Source of the DNA: Centroscyllium fabricii
Taxonomy: Eukaryota
Assembly: GCA_051313645.2 (NCBI GenBank)
Contig: JBNRSN020000001.1
Coordinates: forward strand, 527,620,001-527,684,000
Length of the DNA stretch: 64,000 bases
Direction of reading: 5' to 3'
Shown here: piece by piece, positions 22,701 to 36,543 of the stretch
Numbering within the stretch: position 1 is the stretch's first letter
Layout of the letters: each line of letters opens with the position of its first letter
Made by a program: the position numbers and the translations under genes
Notes under the pieces: generated by a model
What the model was told of the DNA's origin: nothing
The model's input: the letters and a program-made list of their open reading frames with translations, nothing else
Database searches by the model: none

Positions 22701-23503
22701 CAACAACGATGAGTCAGCCTACAGGGATGAGATCCAGCACCTTGTGGGATGGTGTGCCGACAACAACTTGGCCCTGAACACCAAGAAAACTAAGGAGATC
22801 ATAGTGGACTTCCGGAGGACTGAAAGCAGAATACACACCCCCATCTTCATCCAAGGGGCTGAGGTGGAAAGGGTGTCCAGCTTCAAGTTCCTCGGGGTCC
22901 ACATCTCAGAAGACCTCTCCTGGTCACTAAACACCTCCTCTCTGGTTAAGAAGGCCCAACAGCACCTGTACTTCCTAAGGAAGCTGAAAAAAGCCAGGCT
23001 GTCATACGGCATCCTCTCCAACTTCTACCGGTGCACAGTCGAAAGCATACTGACAAGCTGCATCACAGTCTGGTATGGAAATTGCACCATCTCGGACCGG
23101 AAGGCCCTGCAGCGGGTAGTCAAAACTGCCCAACGAATCACCGGTACCCAGCTACCGTCAATTGAAAGCATCTACCTCAAACGCTGCCTACGGAGGTCTC
23201 TGAACATTATTAAAGACCCCACACACCCCAGCCACAGTCTGTTCGCCCCCCTACCATCCGGGAGATGCTACAGATCAATTCGCACCCGCACGACTAGATT
23301 TAAGAACAGCTTCTTCCCCAGGGCTGTCTGCCTCCTGAACTCTAAAAAAAACCTCCGGTACCTGCACACCTGAAAATGTACTTTACTGTATGCAATTGGC
23401 ATGTAACTTATTTGCACTACTCTCGGGAGCGGCGAGTCTTCGTCTCATTGTACTGTACTAGTACTCTGCAATGACAATAAAACTTGAATTGAATTGAATT
23501 GAA
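22701..23503 (+). mobile_element. Rex1/Babar-type LINE, 5'-truncated
   Basis: [37 protein letters not shown]; AATGACAATAAA plus (TTGAA)n tail. Confidence 0.88.
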
Positions 23504-24090
23504 TCCAATTTGTGTTACTGGGACATGGCTTGGATTCTGAAAAAAATCTAATTATTTTAGCTTCTTTATTAAGGGGACTGATGGGCAGGTAAAAGCATAT
23601 TTTCCTGGGGATGAAATGGTTGCCGGGGGCCCCCCACCGCCCCCAACCATCACCCCTTTACCAAAAGCAAGGCAGAGTTCTGCCGGGATTCTCGGCCTGC
23701 TGGAGAAGCACAATACACTGCCCGAGCGATTCAGGTACACTCCAAGGCCGTGCAAAGGGAGGGAGCTCCCCCTGATTCCGTGAATGTTGGCGAGGTCAGC
23801 CCTGTGGGTCTGCGGGTGGGTACGTCCCAACACTCACGATGCCGCCAATGCAGATATTTGGCCCTCTTGTCTTTGATTGTTTGCACAAATGTTGGGAGAA
23901 AATCGGAACTGTAATAGTTTGTTCCATCCCAGAAATGGAAATTGACCATCTTCTTCTTGTTACTTTCGGAGGAAGAAGAGAACGTCACACAGAAGAAGTT
24001 AGGTCGGAGGTCAGGTCACTATGGGCAAGAAATCTATAAACCAACATTGTCATGCTTCAGTCTAGGCAGGTTTTTGGTTTTCCTACAGGA

Positions 24091-24415
24091 AGAATCATAT
24101 CATAGAATCATAGAATCCCTACAGTGCAGATAGAGGCCATTTCGGACCATCGAGCCTGCACCGACACATATCCCACCCTATCCCCGTAACCCCACATATT
24201 CAATCCCCCTAACACTAAGGGTCAATTTATCCTGGCCAATCAACCTAACCTGCACATCTTTGGACTGTGGGAGGAAACCGGAGCACCCGGAGGAAACCCA
24301 CGCAGACACGGGGAGAATGTGCAAACTCCACACAGATAGTACCCGAGGCCGGATTCGAACCCGGGCCCCTAGCGCTGTGAGGCAACAGTGCTAACCACTA
24401 TGCCACCGTGCCGCC
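24091..24415 (-). mobile_element. V-SINE with an alternative 3' tail
   Basis: Same head and core as the other SINEs, but the tail is GGCCTCTATCTGCACTGTAGGGATTCTATGATTCTATG. Confidence 0.82.
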
Positions 24416-24758
24416 TGAAAGCCACACCAGTTGACCGGGAATAAAAACCGTCATGCAAAATGTAGCAAGAATTCTCAAACAACAGTTTCCAAACTTCATT
24501 TATTGCTTTGTTGTGAATGACATTTGCATATTTGATCGAACAGCGAATCTAGCACAGAATGATCTAAGAGACTTCATTGATCTGTAAATTCATATGACTT
24601 ATTACTAGCATAATGCTATTCACAAATTAAACATATCTAGAGGCGGTATCATTCAGATCAGTCCTGACATAAACATTGCTTGGCAAGGAAGTGTTCAGTG
24701 CTAACTAAGATGCTTTGTTTTTGTCTGCACCTTTGCAAACCCCTAAGACACTGGAGTA

Positions 24759-25856
24759 CAGGAAACTCTTTTTTATCCGGCACCGACAGGACCGGCACCT
24801 TGCCGGTTTATCAGAAATTCTGGATGATGGAGAGGGTTATATACCGAGGCTAACTTTAACAAAGAAAAATGAAAAAAATCAAGAAATGTGCAGTGTACAG
24901 TATTTGAGTCCAGTCAAACCTGTGTTAGCGGCCACCTCTACAGAACGGCCACCTGTTCATAGCGGCCACATCGGTTTCCCCCGCAGAGCAATACTGTAGT
25001 ATAAGCCCTGTACACAACGACCGCCTGTTCAACGCGACCAGCGGCCACCCATTTTGTCGTGGCCGCTGGCCGTGAAACAAAATGTCCGAGATCGGCGAAA
25101 AATTCAAAACAGTTTTCGGCTGTCGCCCGGGGTCGCCTTCGACTAAACAGGTGAAGCCGAGTCTAACGGTGACAAAAGCGCATCGCTCCGACGCCTGAGT
25201 GCGGAGATATGGGCATTCAAAGTGCTGCCGGGGGTCGGAGCCTGCTGTGCCGCGAAACAAAATGTCCGACATCGGCGAAAAATTCAAAGATTTCTTGGCT
25301 GTCGCCCAGGGTTGCCTTCAACTAAACTTTACATTGATGCACTGTCACTACATGTGCATATATACTGTACATAAACACAAAATGGCCACCGTCAACCTGT
25401 ATAGAAAGGCCACCTGTCTATAAAGGCCACTTTTTGTGTTTCCCGTGAGTGGCCTTTCTGTACAGGTTTGACTGTACTCACCTACAGAATGTTGTTAAAT
25501 GGATGGTGGAAGATGCTTGATTAAGTACAGTACTGCCAGTTGAGGGTAATGCAATGCAATGACTACCAGCAGTGTGGGAGACACACAGTACCCCTGTAAA
25601 ATGGCAGATCAGAAGAGACTACCGGCAGCGCGGGAGAGTCAGACTCCTGTTACAGGAGGTGTTCCGACTCCCGACAGCTCCAAGAAGCCGAGTAGTGGCA
25701 GTTTGGAGAACTACCCCCACTGACTAACTCGGCCACCGTGGGAGACTCGGACTCGGCAACATTGCCGGTTATTAAGGTGCTGTTTTCAGAGCGAGAATTC
25801 TGCCGGTTAATAGAGAATTCCGGATATTTAGGTGCCGTTTAAACGAGAGTTTCCTC
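24759..25856. mobile_element. Tigger/pogo-like MITE containing a second nested MITE
   Basis: TA-CAGGAAACTC...GAGTTTCCTC-TA. Confidence 0.65.
24911..25474. mobile_element. Nested Tigger/pogo-like MITE
   Basis: TIR CAGTCAAACCTGT...ACAGGTTTGACTG-TA; GGCCACC subterminal repeats. Confidence 0.75.
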
Positions 25857-26506
25857 TATATAACAAATGCCTTCTCATTATTTATGAAGTTCATTAAACT
25901 GTGACAAAGAAGAATGTTACACTTATTAGATATTTGAAAGTTATTACTTTATTCTTCTCAGTGCAATCATCAATTTAATTCATCTCCTGAGACTGTAATT
26001 TTCTTGCAAATGCAATTATATTTTACAGTTAGCCTGCTGATTAGGCAAAAAAAAACAGAAATAATTAATCAGAAAATTACAAAAAAAAATCTAATCACCA
26101 ACATAAAGAGTGAAAATTATATCCTCATCTGTTATACAATAATGAAATGTTATTAACAAATATATTAGTCAAGATGCACCAGGAGTGCATAAACTGTGTT
26201 TGATTTTAAGAAAATTAATACTTTAAAATAATCATTTTAATAAGCGTCTGAAAGCATATTGATAGATTTACAGGATGATTGCCCACCAGTGCTGAAGATG
26301 TCTCTTCAAGATGTTGTTTTGTGTTTCATTCAAAGACTTCTTTTTAGAATGTTAAACCCTGCAAGTAAAGAAAACAAGGACCATTATGGGGAACTAGTTA
26401 TCGACCATTAGAACCCACGATTGCACTTGGTTACATGTAGACAATCCAGGTGACACTGCAGGTCTGTTGCTGAATAACTTGTGGCAGTGGAAGTAATTAG
26501 ATCCTT

Positions 26507-27385
26507 GGGGGGAGAAATTTGGTATCTCCCCATTTGGGGCGCAATTATCGGCGAGCGCAAAGATTAGCGCCTGCCGCCTCCGACTGCAAACTTGGCTTTT
26601 ATCACCCCTGGTGGTGATTGAAGCACTAAATCAGGCGCTTTACACCTATATTAAGGCGCAAAGCCGAGGAGCAAGGCGTTACCTCAGAGCGCTGGCGGAG
26701 CTCATGTGATGTCAGTCAGCAATGGAACACAGACACACTGGCGCCGGCCAGTTTTTAAAGGGGAGGGTTGATCTTGCTCTCCATTCACATCCTGCTCATT
26801 GCTGCCTTAAATCTCGGCCTGGAGAGACCTGTACGTCAAATCTGCTGGAAAGAACAATGGAGAGGCCCAGGGAAAGAGCTCAGAGTGCAGCCGCCACAGT
26901 CTCTTCTAAATCGATGCAAGAAAAGTCAAATCAAAATGAACCTGCAAAGTGCTGCTCAGTACCCAAAACTCGTTCACACAATGTTGAATCTCTCCAGAAG
27001 TCTCTCTCTCTTTCTCAGAATGCATGGTGCAAAACAGCTACCAAAAAAAAGGCTGGAAGTGGTCGCCTTTAAATAACTCTCCCCCAGTCCCTTTCTGACT
27101 GCAGAATGCTCCCCTCAACCTGTCGTTGCTAGTGGCAGGTGGTAAGGCAGGGGGCGCCACTCAATATCCGGTCCGGGGCGCTACCCGGGTGTTGCACACT
27201 CAAATTACATCACGATCTGCCGGCGCAGGAGATCGTCGCGGTAGTGTTTAGCACCGCCACAAAATGTCCAGTTAAGTTTGCGAGCGGCAGAAACATCGCC
27301 GCCAACAGGCACCAGTTGCTTTCCACCTCATTAGCGCCCTCTTAAGGCACAAACAGGAGGCGCAAACCAACTGAATATTTCCCCC
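26507..27385. mobile_element. Harbinger-type MITE
   Basis: GGGGGGAGAAATT...AATATTTCCCCC ends. Confidence 0.6.
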
Positions 27386-27647
27386 TCAGTATCCTGGACG
27401 GCTCCAGTAATGGTGCATGTTCCTGGGACCACATACATTTCCATTGGGCAAATGTGGATATGTGGTAGATGACATTTCAGTGAGCACATCATTGCAGCAG
27501 TGTAATATTTCCTGCCTTGCCAGTGAAGAAAAATTAGGACAGTGACAATTACATCTACTCACTCTAAAAGCTAAAAAAACAACTCATTAGTCTACAAGGA
27601 TCATAACTCATTTCAGCGCTCCCAGTTGACATTCTCTTTGGCAAACT

Positions 27648-27808
27648 GGGTGTAATTTAAACTATGGGCGATAGTGTAAAATGGGCGATAGCGGGTTAAC
27701 TGACCAATATACACTAGGTCCGATTATCATTTCCACTGACTTCAATCGGGCAACATACTTAACGGGTGTGCCTGTTTTATACTGTCGCCCAAAGTCAAAA
27801 TTACCCCC
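27648..27808. mobile_element. Short palindromic MITE
   Basis: GGGTGTAATTT..GGGCGATAGTGTAAAA / TTTTATACTGTCGCCC..AAATTACCCC. Confidence 0.6.
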
Positions 27809-28049
27809 GCACCTCCCCCATTGTTTGCAGGTTCAGTGCGATATGTCTTTTAAACTATTTATATGCCTATAGAAGACTTGTGGATTCCCTTTTATATTAG
27901 CTACCAATCTATTCTCATACTCTCTCTTTGCCCCTTTTACTTACTTTTTCACTTCCCCTCTGAACTTTCTATATTCAGCCTGGTTCTCACTTGCATTCTC
28001 AACGTGATATCTGTCATATGCCCCCATTTTCTGCTTCATCTTACTCTCT

Positions 28050-28866
28050 GGGGTCAATTCTCCTGGAGCCGACAGGTGGCTTTTTTGGCGGCTGGGAAGG
28101 GAAAATCGCTAAAACGGGGGATCGCGACCCCTCGCGCCGCTTTCTCACCAGCTTGTCAGTTTCAGACCAGCGGGTCCGATCGGCCCACTTCAGTCCCACC
28201 CGGCATCAGTGGAGATGGTCGTTAGGCTCATTAGGGGCCCTTGATTGGCATGTATAATGCCATTTTAAGGGGCCCTTGCAATTTTCAGACTTTTCCCATG
28301 CAAAACCCACCTGCTGAGAACCCTGCCAGTGAAACCTAGCGGGGACACATTCAGTTTGCTGACTTTCACCTTCAAGGCATTGAAGCATCTGTAGCAGAAT
28401 GGCGTCCTGGCCTCCAGCATACTGGAGGTCTAACTGTCTCCCTAGGGTGCCCAAGATTAGTGGGGAAAAAATTACCTTCCAGCTGCTTCCTAGTGATTGA
28501 CAGATAGGCGTTTCCTAGCTGCCAGGAGCCTGCCAGTGAAACAAACCACTTAGAGCTGTCAATCATTGACTTGCGGTTAGGTTCTGTTGACAGTGGATTG
28601 TGATGTCACAATGCACTGAAACCACAGAAAGAAATGGACCCGACCACTTAGAGCTGTCAATCATGGGCTCTGCTGGTTACACAGTGGGAAGCCCACTGGC
28701 TTTCTAACTAAAATCAATCAATTGGCAGGGAGTTCTCACATGCAGGGATTTAATTGGCCAATTGAGCCAAAATTGCATGGGGCTCCCACATCCTTCAGAA
28801 AGCGGGAAGAAAAAGTGATCAGCGGGGAACCCACCAATTCCCCACCCCTTGAGGAAAATTAACCCC
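28050..28866. mobile_element. Harbinger-type MITE (related to 39356 and 55008)
   Basis: GGGGTCAATT...AATTAACCCC TIRs; TCT on both flanks. Confidence 0.75.
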
Positions 28867-29460
28867 TCTATCTCTTTCGATATCCAAGGAGCTCTGGCTT
28901 TGGTTGCCCTACCTTGCTCCTTCGTGGGAATGTATCTCAACTGTACCCGAACCATCTCCTCTTTAAAGGCAGCCCATTGTTCGATTACAGTTTTGCCTGC
29001 CAATCTTTGATTCCAATTTACCCAGGCCACATCCATTCTCAACCCACTGAAATTGGCTTGCCTCCAATTAAGTATTTTTACTCGAGATTGCACCCTGTCC
29101 TTTTTCTTAGTTAGTCTAAACCTTATGATACTATGATCACTGTTCCCTAAATGTTCCCCTACTGACACTTGCTCTACTTGACCCACCTTATTCTCCAGAA
29201 CTAAATCCAGCAATGCCTCCTTCCTTTTTGGGCCGGAAATATACTGATCAAGAAAGTTTTCCTGAACACACTTCAGAAATTCTTTCCCCTCTCTGCCCCT
29301 TATGCTATGACTATTCCAGCCAAAATTGGGATAGTTGAGGTCTCCCATTATCACTTCTCTATAGTTCTTGCACCTCTCTGTAATTTCCATGCAAATTTGC
29401 TCCTCTATATCCTTCCCACCAGTTGGAGCCTATAGAATATAACTAGTAGTGTAATGGCAT

Positions 29461-30871
29461 CTTCAACCTGTCACTGGCGAAGGCAGCTGTCCCTACCTAC
29501 TTCAAGACCGCCACCATCATCCCTCTGCCCAAGAAAACGGCCGTGATGTGCCTGAACAACTACCGCCCTGTCGCACTTACACCCATTATCATGAAGTGTT
29601 TCGAGCGGCTGGTCCTGGCCCACATCAAAGCCAGCGTCCCCGCCGCCCTGGACCAATACCAGTTTGCCCACCGAGGAAACAGATCTACGGAAGATGCTAT
29701 CACTACGGCTCTTCACTCTGCACTAAACCACCTGGACAGCAAAGATACGTATATCAGAATGCTGTTTATTGACTACAGCTCAGCATTCAACACCATCGTC
29801 CCCAGCAAATTGTCTAACAAACTCCTCACTCTCGGCCTGAACACCTCCCTCTGCAACTGGACCCTGGACTTCCTAACCAACAGACCACAGTCTGTGAAGT
29901 TAGGCAACCTCACCTCCCCCCGGCTTACCCTGAACACAGGGGCCCCACAAGGCTGTGTGCTGAGCCCCCTCCTCTACTCCCTCTTCACTCACGACTGTGC
30001 GGCTGTCCATGGCTCCAACACGATCATCAAGTTTGCAGACGACACCACGGTGGTTGGCCAGATCACCAACAACGATGAGTCAGCCTACAGGGATGAGATC
30101 CAGCGCCTTGTGGGATGGTGTGCCGACAACAACCTGGCACTGAACACCAAGAAAACTAAGGAGATCATAATGGACTTCCGGAGGACTGGAAGCAGAAGAC
30201 ACACCCCCATCTTCATCCAAGGGGCTGAGGTGGAAAGGGTGTCCAGCTTCAAGTTCCTCGGGGTCCACATCTCGGAAGACCTCTCCTGGTCACTAAACAC
30301 CTCCTCTCTGGTTAAGAAGGCCCAACAGCACCTGTACCTCCTAAGCAAGCTGAAGAAAGCCAGGCTGTCATCCGGCATCCTCTCCAACTTCTACCACTGC
30401 ACAATCGAAAGCATACTGATAAGCTGCATCACAGTCTGGTATGGAAATTGCACCATCTCGGACCGGAAGACCCTGCAGCGGGTGGTCAAAGCTGCCCAAC
30501 GAATCACCGGTACCCAGCTACCGTCAATAGAAAGCATCTACTTCAAACGCTGCCTATGGAGGTCTCTGAACATTATTAAAGACCCCACACACCCCAGCCA
30601 CAGTCTGTTCGCCCCCCTGTCCTCCGGGAGACGCTACAGATCAATTCGCACCCGCATGACTAGATTTAAGAACAGCTTCTTCCCCAGGGCTGTCAGCCTC
30701 CTGAACTCTAAAAATAAACTCCGGTACCTGCACACCTGAAAATGTACTTTACTGTATGCAATTTGCATGTAACTTATTTGCACTACTCTCGGGAGCGTCG
30801 AGTCTTCGTCTCGTTTATTGTACTAGTACTCTGCAATGACAATAAAACTTGAATTGAATTGAATTGAATTG
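29461..30871 (+). mobile_element. Rex1/Babar-type LINE, 5'-truncated, open RT ORF 29543-30739
   Basis: [33 protein letters not shown]; (TTGAA)n tail. Confidence 0.92.
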
Positions 30872-30906
30872 TTTCTCAACTCAAATCAAATAGATTCTGT
30901 CCTTGA

Positions 30907-31658
30907 GTATTTTTGAAATGGTAAGAGATTGGGAAATGTTGATGTTCAGAGGGACCTGGGTGTCCTTGTACACGAATCACTGAACGTTAACATGCAGGTA
31001 CTGCAAGCAATTAGGAAAGCAAATGGTATGTTAGCCTTTATTACAAGAGGATTTGAGTATAAGAGTAAAGACGTCTTACTGCAATTATACAGGGCCTTGG
31101 TGCGACCACACCTGGAGTATTGTGTACAGTTTTAGTCTCCTTACCTAAGGAAGGATATACTTGCCATAGAGGGAGTGCAGCGACTGGTTCCTGGGATGGG
31201 GTAATTGTCCTATGAGGAGAGGTTGAGTAAACTAGGCCTATATTCTCTAGAGTTTAGAAAAATGAGAGGTGATCTCATTGAAACATACAAAATTCTTACA
31301 GGGCTTGACAGGGTAGATGCAGGGAGGATGTTTCTCCTGACTGGAGAGTCTAGAACCAGGGGTCACAGTCTCAGAATAAGGGGTCGGCCATTTAGGACTG
31401 GGATGAGGAGAAATGTCTTCACTCAGAGGGTGGTGAATCTTTGGAATTCTCTACCCCAGAGGGCTGTGGAGGCTCAGCCATTGAGTATATTCAAGACAGA
31501 GATCGATAGATTTTTGAATATTAAGGGAATCAAGGGACATGGGGATAGTGCGAGAAAGTGGAGATGAGGTAGAAGATCAGCCATGATCTTGTTAAATGGC
31601 GGAGCAGGCTCAAAGGGCCGAATGGCCAACTCCTGCTCCTATTTCTTATGTTCTTAGA
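30907..31658 (+). mobile_element. CR1-clade LINE 3' end
   Basis: QRDLGVLV, LYRALVRPHLEYC, FTQRVVNLWNSLP; tail shared with the SINEs. Confidence 0.88.
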
Positions 31659-31659
31659 A

Positions 31660-31962
31660 CTGGGGGTCAGGGGATTGGGGCCACGGTGGAGAAAGAGAGA
31701 CTGGAGAATGGGAATTGGGAGATTGGGGCTGAGGCGGGGGAAGAGTGGGAGACTGAGACTGGGGTGTCAGGAGATTGAGGCTTGGGCAGGGGGAGAGTCG
31801 GGGACTGGGACTGTGGGTTGTGAGATTGAGGGCTCGGGGGAGAGAGGGAGACCAGAAACTGGGGATTGAAAGATTGTGAGATTGGGTTCGGGCGGTGGGA
31901 GACTGGGAGACTGTGGGTCAGGAGATTGGGGCTCGGGCAGGGGGGAATGAGGGAGACTGGGG
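31660..31962. repeat. G-rich degenerate GGGAGA(C/T)TGGG minisatellite
   Basis: Many GAGA(C/T)TGGG units; strong purine skew. Confidence 0.65.
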
Positions 31963-32706
31963 AATGGCGTAGTGTTGGCATTGGGCCCAACCTTTCCTGC
32001 AGAGCCGGAAGCAGCAACCGCAGCAGCAACATATTGTGTTGAAGTGGTGCCGAGAGAGAAGGGTTCAGTGAAATTTGTGGACCTTATTGTGGGTAAATAG
32101 TGAAAGATTGTTTGCACTGTAAGATGCCCTAGTCGTGTATATGTGGGGTTAGGATTTGGTTTAATCTCATATGATTAAGGTTTTTGCTTTCTGTTTACTT
32201 TTAAATGGCTTGTGGATTTGTACTGTGGCTAGAAATAATGAAACGGTTAAAGTTGTTCATTTCCAGGTAGCTTTAGGATTTAATGCGACAGGGAACAAAT
32301 TAGCTGACTGTGCTATATAGCTCTGCTGAAAGTGCAGGATGTGCGATTCGTACCTGCTGATGTCTTTTTTTGCCACATTGTGAAACGAGATAGCCAAGAC
32401 AGCCTTGAGATAAGAAAAGCAACAATGGGCCAAGACAATAAACAAGTTGGCATGTGGTGTTTTATGGGAACTACCTTATTTCTGGGGTTCTTGTTCACAA
32501 TAACTGTTAGCAGGATATAATGAATCATCTAAGACAGTGTCTGTTACTAGAGACCTATAAAGATCTTGAGCTTTCCTTAACAATTTATAGAGAGCGTCAG
32601 GATCAAAAGGATCTACCCAGAGGAAAAACAGGTTAATTGCGTTTATTTCTCTGCATGTCTACTACTAAGAGACATTGCAAGTTTCAAAGACTTGGTCGAA
32701 CACAAT

Positions 32707-33447
32707 GGGCCAGAAATTAGGGTCGGAGGCTTGCCGCGAGTGCAAGCCTCCAAAGTGCACTCACGGAGCGCGCCTGCCATTCTGGATTTCACTCACCTGA
32801 AATCTCAATCCTCTGGCCTGCTGAAAGCCCCCCGCGCCGCGCTGGGGCAACTGAAGGGCGAAGGTCACGTGGTCCGCGGGGAGCCAATCGGAGCAAAGAA
32901 TGCTCCATTCATAAGTTTGACAGAAAGATCTGTCAAACTTATGAAATACTAGAGCCCCAAAAACACACTAAACCTTAAAATAAGTTTTTAAAAACCATCA
33001 CATTTTTTTAAAGTGCTATCAATCACATAAATTAGCTATTTTAAACAAAAATTAAAAATTTTGAAAAAATATTTTAAGCTTTTAACGGGCCTAAAAATCA
33101 ACTTACCTGTCTTTAAAGTTTTTTAAAATGAAAAACCTGTGAAACAAATGCTTAAATTGAATAAAATAAAGACTCACCCGATGAAATCCACTCTTTGCGC
33201 TTGAAAATAGGAGCTGTAAATATTTCCAATACTTAACCTGAAAAAAACTTTGAAAAAAATCGGAGGTTCACTGCGCACCTCCTGCTGCGCAGGCCAATGC
33301 GCTCCGGCTCCTGACCCCTTCAGGCCCTGGATCGTAATTGCCGGTTCTGCGCGCATGCGCGGTGTACGCTGGCAACCTGCACTGCGGATGGCCGCACGCT
33401 TGAGTACCCCGTCCGTACTCACGCGTTGCGGGCCTAATTTATGGACC
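32707..33447. mobile_element. Harbinger-type MITE (reverse copy of the 21242 family)
   Basis: GGGCCAGAAATT...AATTTATGGACC; AAT TSD. Confidence 0.8.
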
Positions 33448-34301
33448 AATAAGTGGATTACGTTGCAACCATATTTGGTGTCAGATTCGAAAGGTCCACT
33501 GAGGGGGCAAGGGAACGAAGACTGAGGATTTTCATTGTGCGCAAGCTGCAATATATGGATGAGTGAGATGCAGGAGAGCCAGCAGCGGCCAACGGTAGTG
33601 CTGCGGAGCTGGGAGGAGCGCTTCTGCTCTTCCACGCTTCACAAAAGGGGAAATAAACTTTGTTTACTATTTCCTCAGCGACCCCTTTAAAGACCGCTTT
33701 TTAGGCCACTGTAGAACTGGCAAAGACTAGTCAGAGCTTGCACAGCGCATGCTCCACCTAGTGTTTCATGAATTTTTGCAGAAAGGTCCTGAAACAGGGT
33801 GCGGGACCCTTCTTTGCATATTTTAATTGATTCAGGCAGACGACAAGTCCGAGGTATGGCCATGCTGCCAGCACAGATTAGGTGCAGAACCTTGCGCCAG
33901 AAATTGGTATACATTGGGCCTGTTTTATGCCCAAAGGATGGACAAAACACCTGCCAATTTCAACCCCAGTGTGTCCAAATAACATTTGCTGAATGTCACC
34001 CATGCCAAGGGGCCGGATGCCGGATCAGGACCAGCACGTAAATTGAGTTTGACACCCCAGCCCTAATGGGTAGGCTGGACCTAGCTAGACAAGGGTTTAA
34101 TGGTAAACGTCATAGTTTTAGCTAATTAAACTCCAGCAGCTCCCCAGCAACATTTGGGCGCCTTTAAGCCTGAGCTTTGCCAGCCCGCAGCTAAGCTTCC
34201 TGGATTTAGAACAAGTCGGGTTTCTCCATTAGTTATGCTACTTACCCGACAGGCGCACTGGACAGCACAATAAGCGAGTAACAAACTCTTTTGTACATTA
34301 T

Positions 34302-34889
34302 TAGAAACATAGAAACAGAAAAATAGGAGCAGGAGTCGGCTATTCGGCCCTTCGAGCCTGCCCCGCCATTCAATATGATCATGGCTGATCCTCTCTCACA
34401 ATACCATATTCCCGCTCTCTCCCCATACCCCTTGATGCTTTTTGTGTCTAGAAATTTATCGATCTCCTTCTTAAATATATTCAGTGACTTGGCCTCCGCA
34501 GCCCTCTGGGGTAGAGAATTCCAAAGATTCACCACCCTCTGAGTGAAGACATTTCTCCTCATTTAAGTCCTAAATGTCCTACCCTGTATGCTAACACTAT
34601 GAGCCCTCATTCTAGACCCCCCAGCCAGGGGAAACATCCTCCCTGCATCCAGTCTGTCTAGCCCTGGCAGAATTTTATATGTTTCAATGAGATCCCCTCT
34701 CATTCTTCTAAACTCCAGTGAATATAGGCCTAGTTGACCCAATCTCTCCTCATACGACAGTCCTGCCATCCCAGGAATCAGTCTGGTGAACCTTCGCTGC
34801 ACTCCCTCTATGGCAAGTATATCCCTTCTTAGGTAAGGGGACCAAAACGGCACACAGTGCTCCAGGTGTGGTCTCACCAAGGCCCTGTA
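34302..34889 (-). mobile_element. CR1-clade LINE 3' end
   Basis: LYRALVRPHLE...FTQRVVNLWNSLP plus tail. Confidence 0.85.
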
Positions 34890-35217
34890 TAGAAACATAG
34901 AAACATAGAAGATAGGAGCAGGAGTAGGCCATTCGGCCCTTCGAGCCTGCTCCGCCATTCAATGAGATCATGGCTGATCATCCAAACCCAGCACCCTGTC
35001 CCTGCCTTGTCCCCATATCCCTCGATCCCTATCGAGCCTGCACCGACACACATCCCACCCTATCCCCGTAACCCCTCATATTCAATCCCCCTAATACAAA
35101 GGGTCAATTTATCATGGCCAATCAACCTAACCCACACATCATTGGACTGTGGGAGGAAACCGGAGCACCCGGAGGAAACCCACGCAGACACGGGGAGAAT
35201 GTGCAAACTCCACACAG
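34890..35217 (-). mobile_element. V-SINE, head lost at a MITE junction
   Basis: V domain and tail present. Confidence 0.82.
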
Positions 35218-35218
35218 T

Positions 35219-36198
35219 GGGCCATAAATTAGAGTGGGAGCGCACCCGGTACTCCCGCAGGTAGCGAGCGGAAAGTACCGCGTATGCGCTCGAACGGAGC
35301 ATGCGCACGGAATGCTCCTTTCCAAGACCCAGCCATTCGAGGCTGGAGTCTCGCATGCATGGAGCGATTTGCACCGAAACTTTCCGAGGTAAGGAGGGGG
35401 GATTCTGTGCGTTCATCTGTGTGTAACTGGTCTTCCAGTTGCACATGAAAAAAGGAGGAGTAAATCCTCCGTAAGGGAAAGCGGTAATTGAAGTGTTTAA
35501 ATGGAATTTTAACTTTAAGAACTTTTACATTTGTTTTATACTGTTTTGTGGCCAGAAGTGAATCTTTTTTAGACAGTGTGTGTGTATGGTTAAAATTGTA
35601 AAAAAAATCGGGTTTTGCAGTGATGGATGTTTCACAAGCGATTGATTGCTTTGAAAGTATGCTTACTTAGCATAACTTAAAAAATTTGGTTTATGCTGTT
35701 GTTTTCACAATGTTGAAGGATGGGTTTCAATTTTAAATGAAATAAATTAAAATTAAAAATCTGGTTTTCAGTGCTGTTTGTTTGGCCTGCTTAAAAGCTT
35801 TTCCTGTTAACTACTTATATGTTAAATACTTAAAATAACTTTAAAAGTCTTTAAATGTTTAAAAAAACATAGCTAAATAGTGCTAAAAATGCAAAGAAAA
35901 TACTTAACTTTAGGTCCAACGAGTTGCTGCCTTAGGATTCCTTCAGCTGTCTCTGACAGCTGCTGGGGGGCGAGTCGATTTTAATTTGACCTTCATGGGC
36001 GGGGCCTCAGACTTGCACCCGCACCATGGCATCGCACAAGATGCGCTCCTGGGCTGCCTGACCTGAAACGCAGCCCAGGAAGCAAATTTAAAAAAATCGG
36101 AAAGTTCCAGTGCAAAAACGGCAAGAGTCCGGTGCGCTGCGTAAGTGCTTTTCTTGGGCATGCACTCGCACCAAGCACCGGACTCCAATTTCTGGGCC
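35219..36198. mobile_element. Harbinger-type MITE
   Basis: GGGCCATAAATT...AATTTCTGGGCC; AGT/ATT flanks. Confidence 0.75.
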
Positions 36199-36543
36199 AT
36201 TGTAACTGTAGTACATTTGCTCCTGAGGTAATGGACCCTCAATGTGTTTGGTCGACTGCCTGCGTACTGCTGGGGAATGTATAGGTCGTTAGGCTCACCT
36301 TTTTCGGCTTATACATCACACACAAAATGGTCCTGTGCCACCAAAGCAGCAGTTCACTTCCCCTTTCCCTCCACAGATGCTGGCTTAGTTCCCGTCAGTA
36401 ATCAGCACCTCTGCCTCAAACGCGGGGAGCTAAATGTTACTCGGCTGCTGCGCCCCAAACTTAAATCATTGACGCGCCCCGTGTTACTTCTGAATTTTTA
36501 ATTCAAAGTTATGGAAGGTCATCCTGAGAACATCCAGACTTAC

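Larger units (their letters stand above)
27830..30906 (-). mobile_element. Decayed CR1 LINE (endonuclease region), split by a MITE and a Rex1 copy
   Basis: IMGDLNYP, LDLVL, HLGNSDHSII in ORF 28704-29390; host sequence resumes after 30871. Confidence 0.75.

Noticed and set aside
22477-23373. 298-aa ORF as a novel fusion gene
   Set aside because: Chance read-through from a SINE tail and flank into a truncated Rex1 RT
28866-31658. Twin-priming inversion of a single CR1
   Set aside because: The two oppositely oriented pieces come from distant parts of the LINE and I found no shared TSD; more likely two insertions
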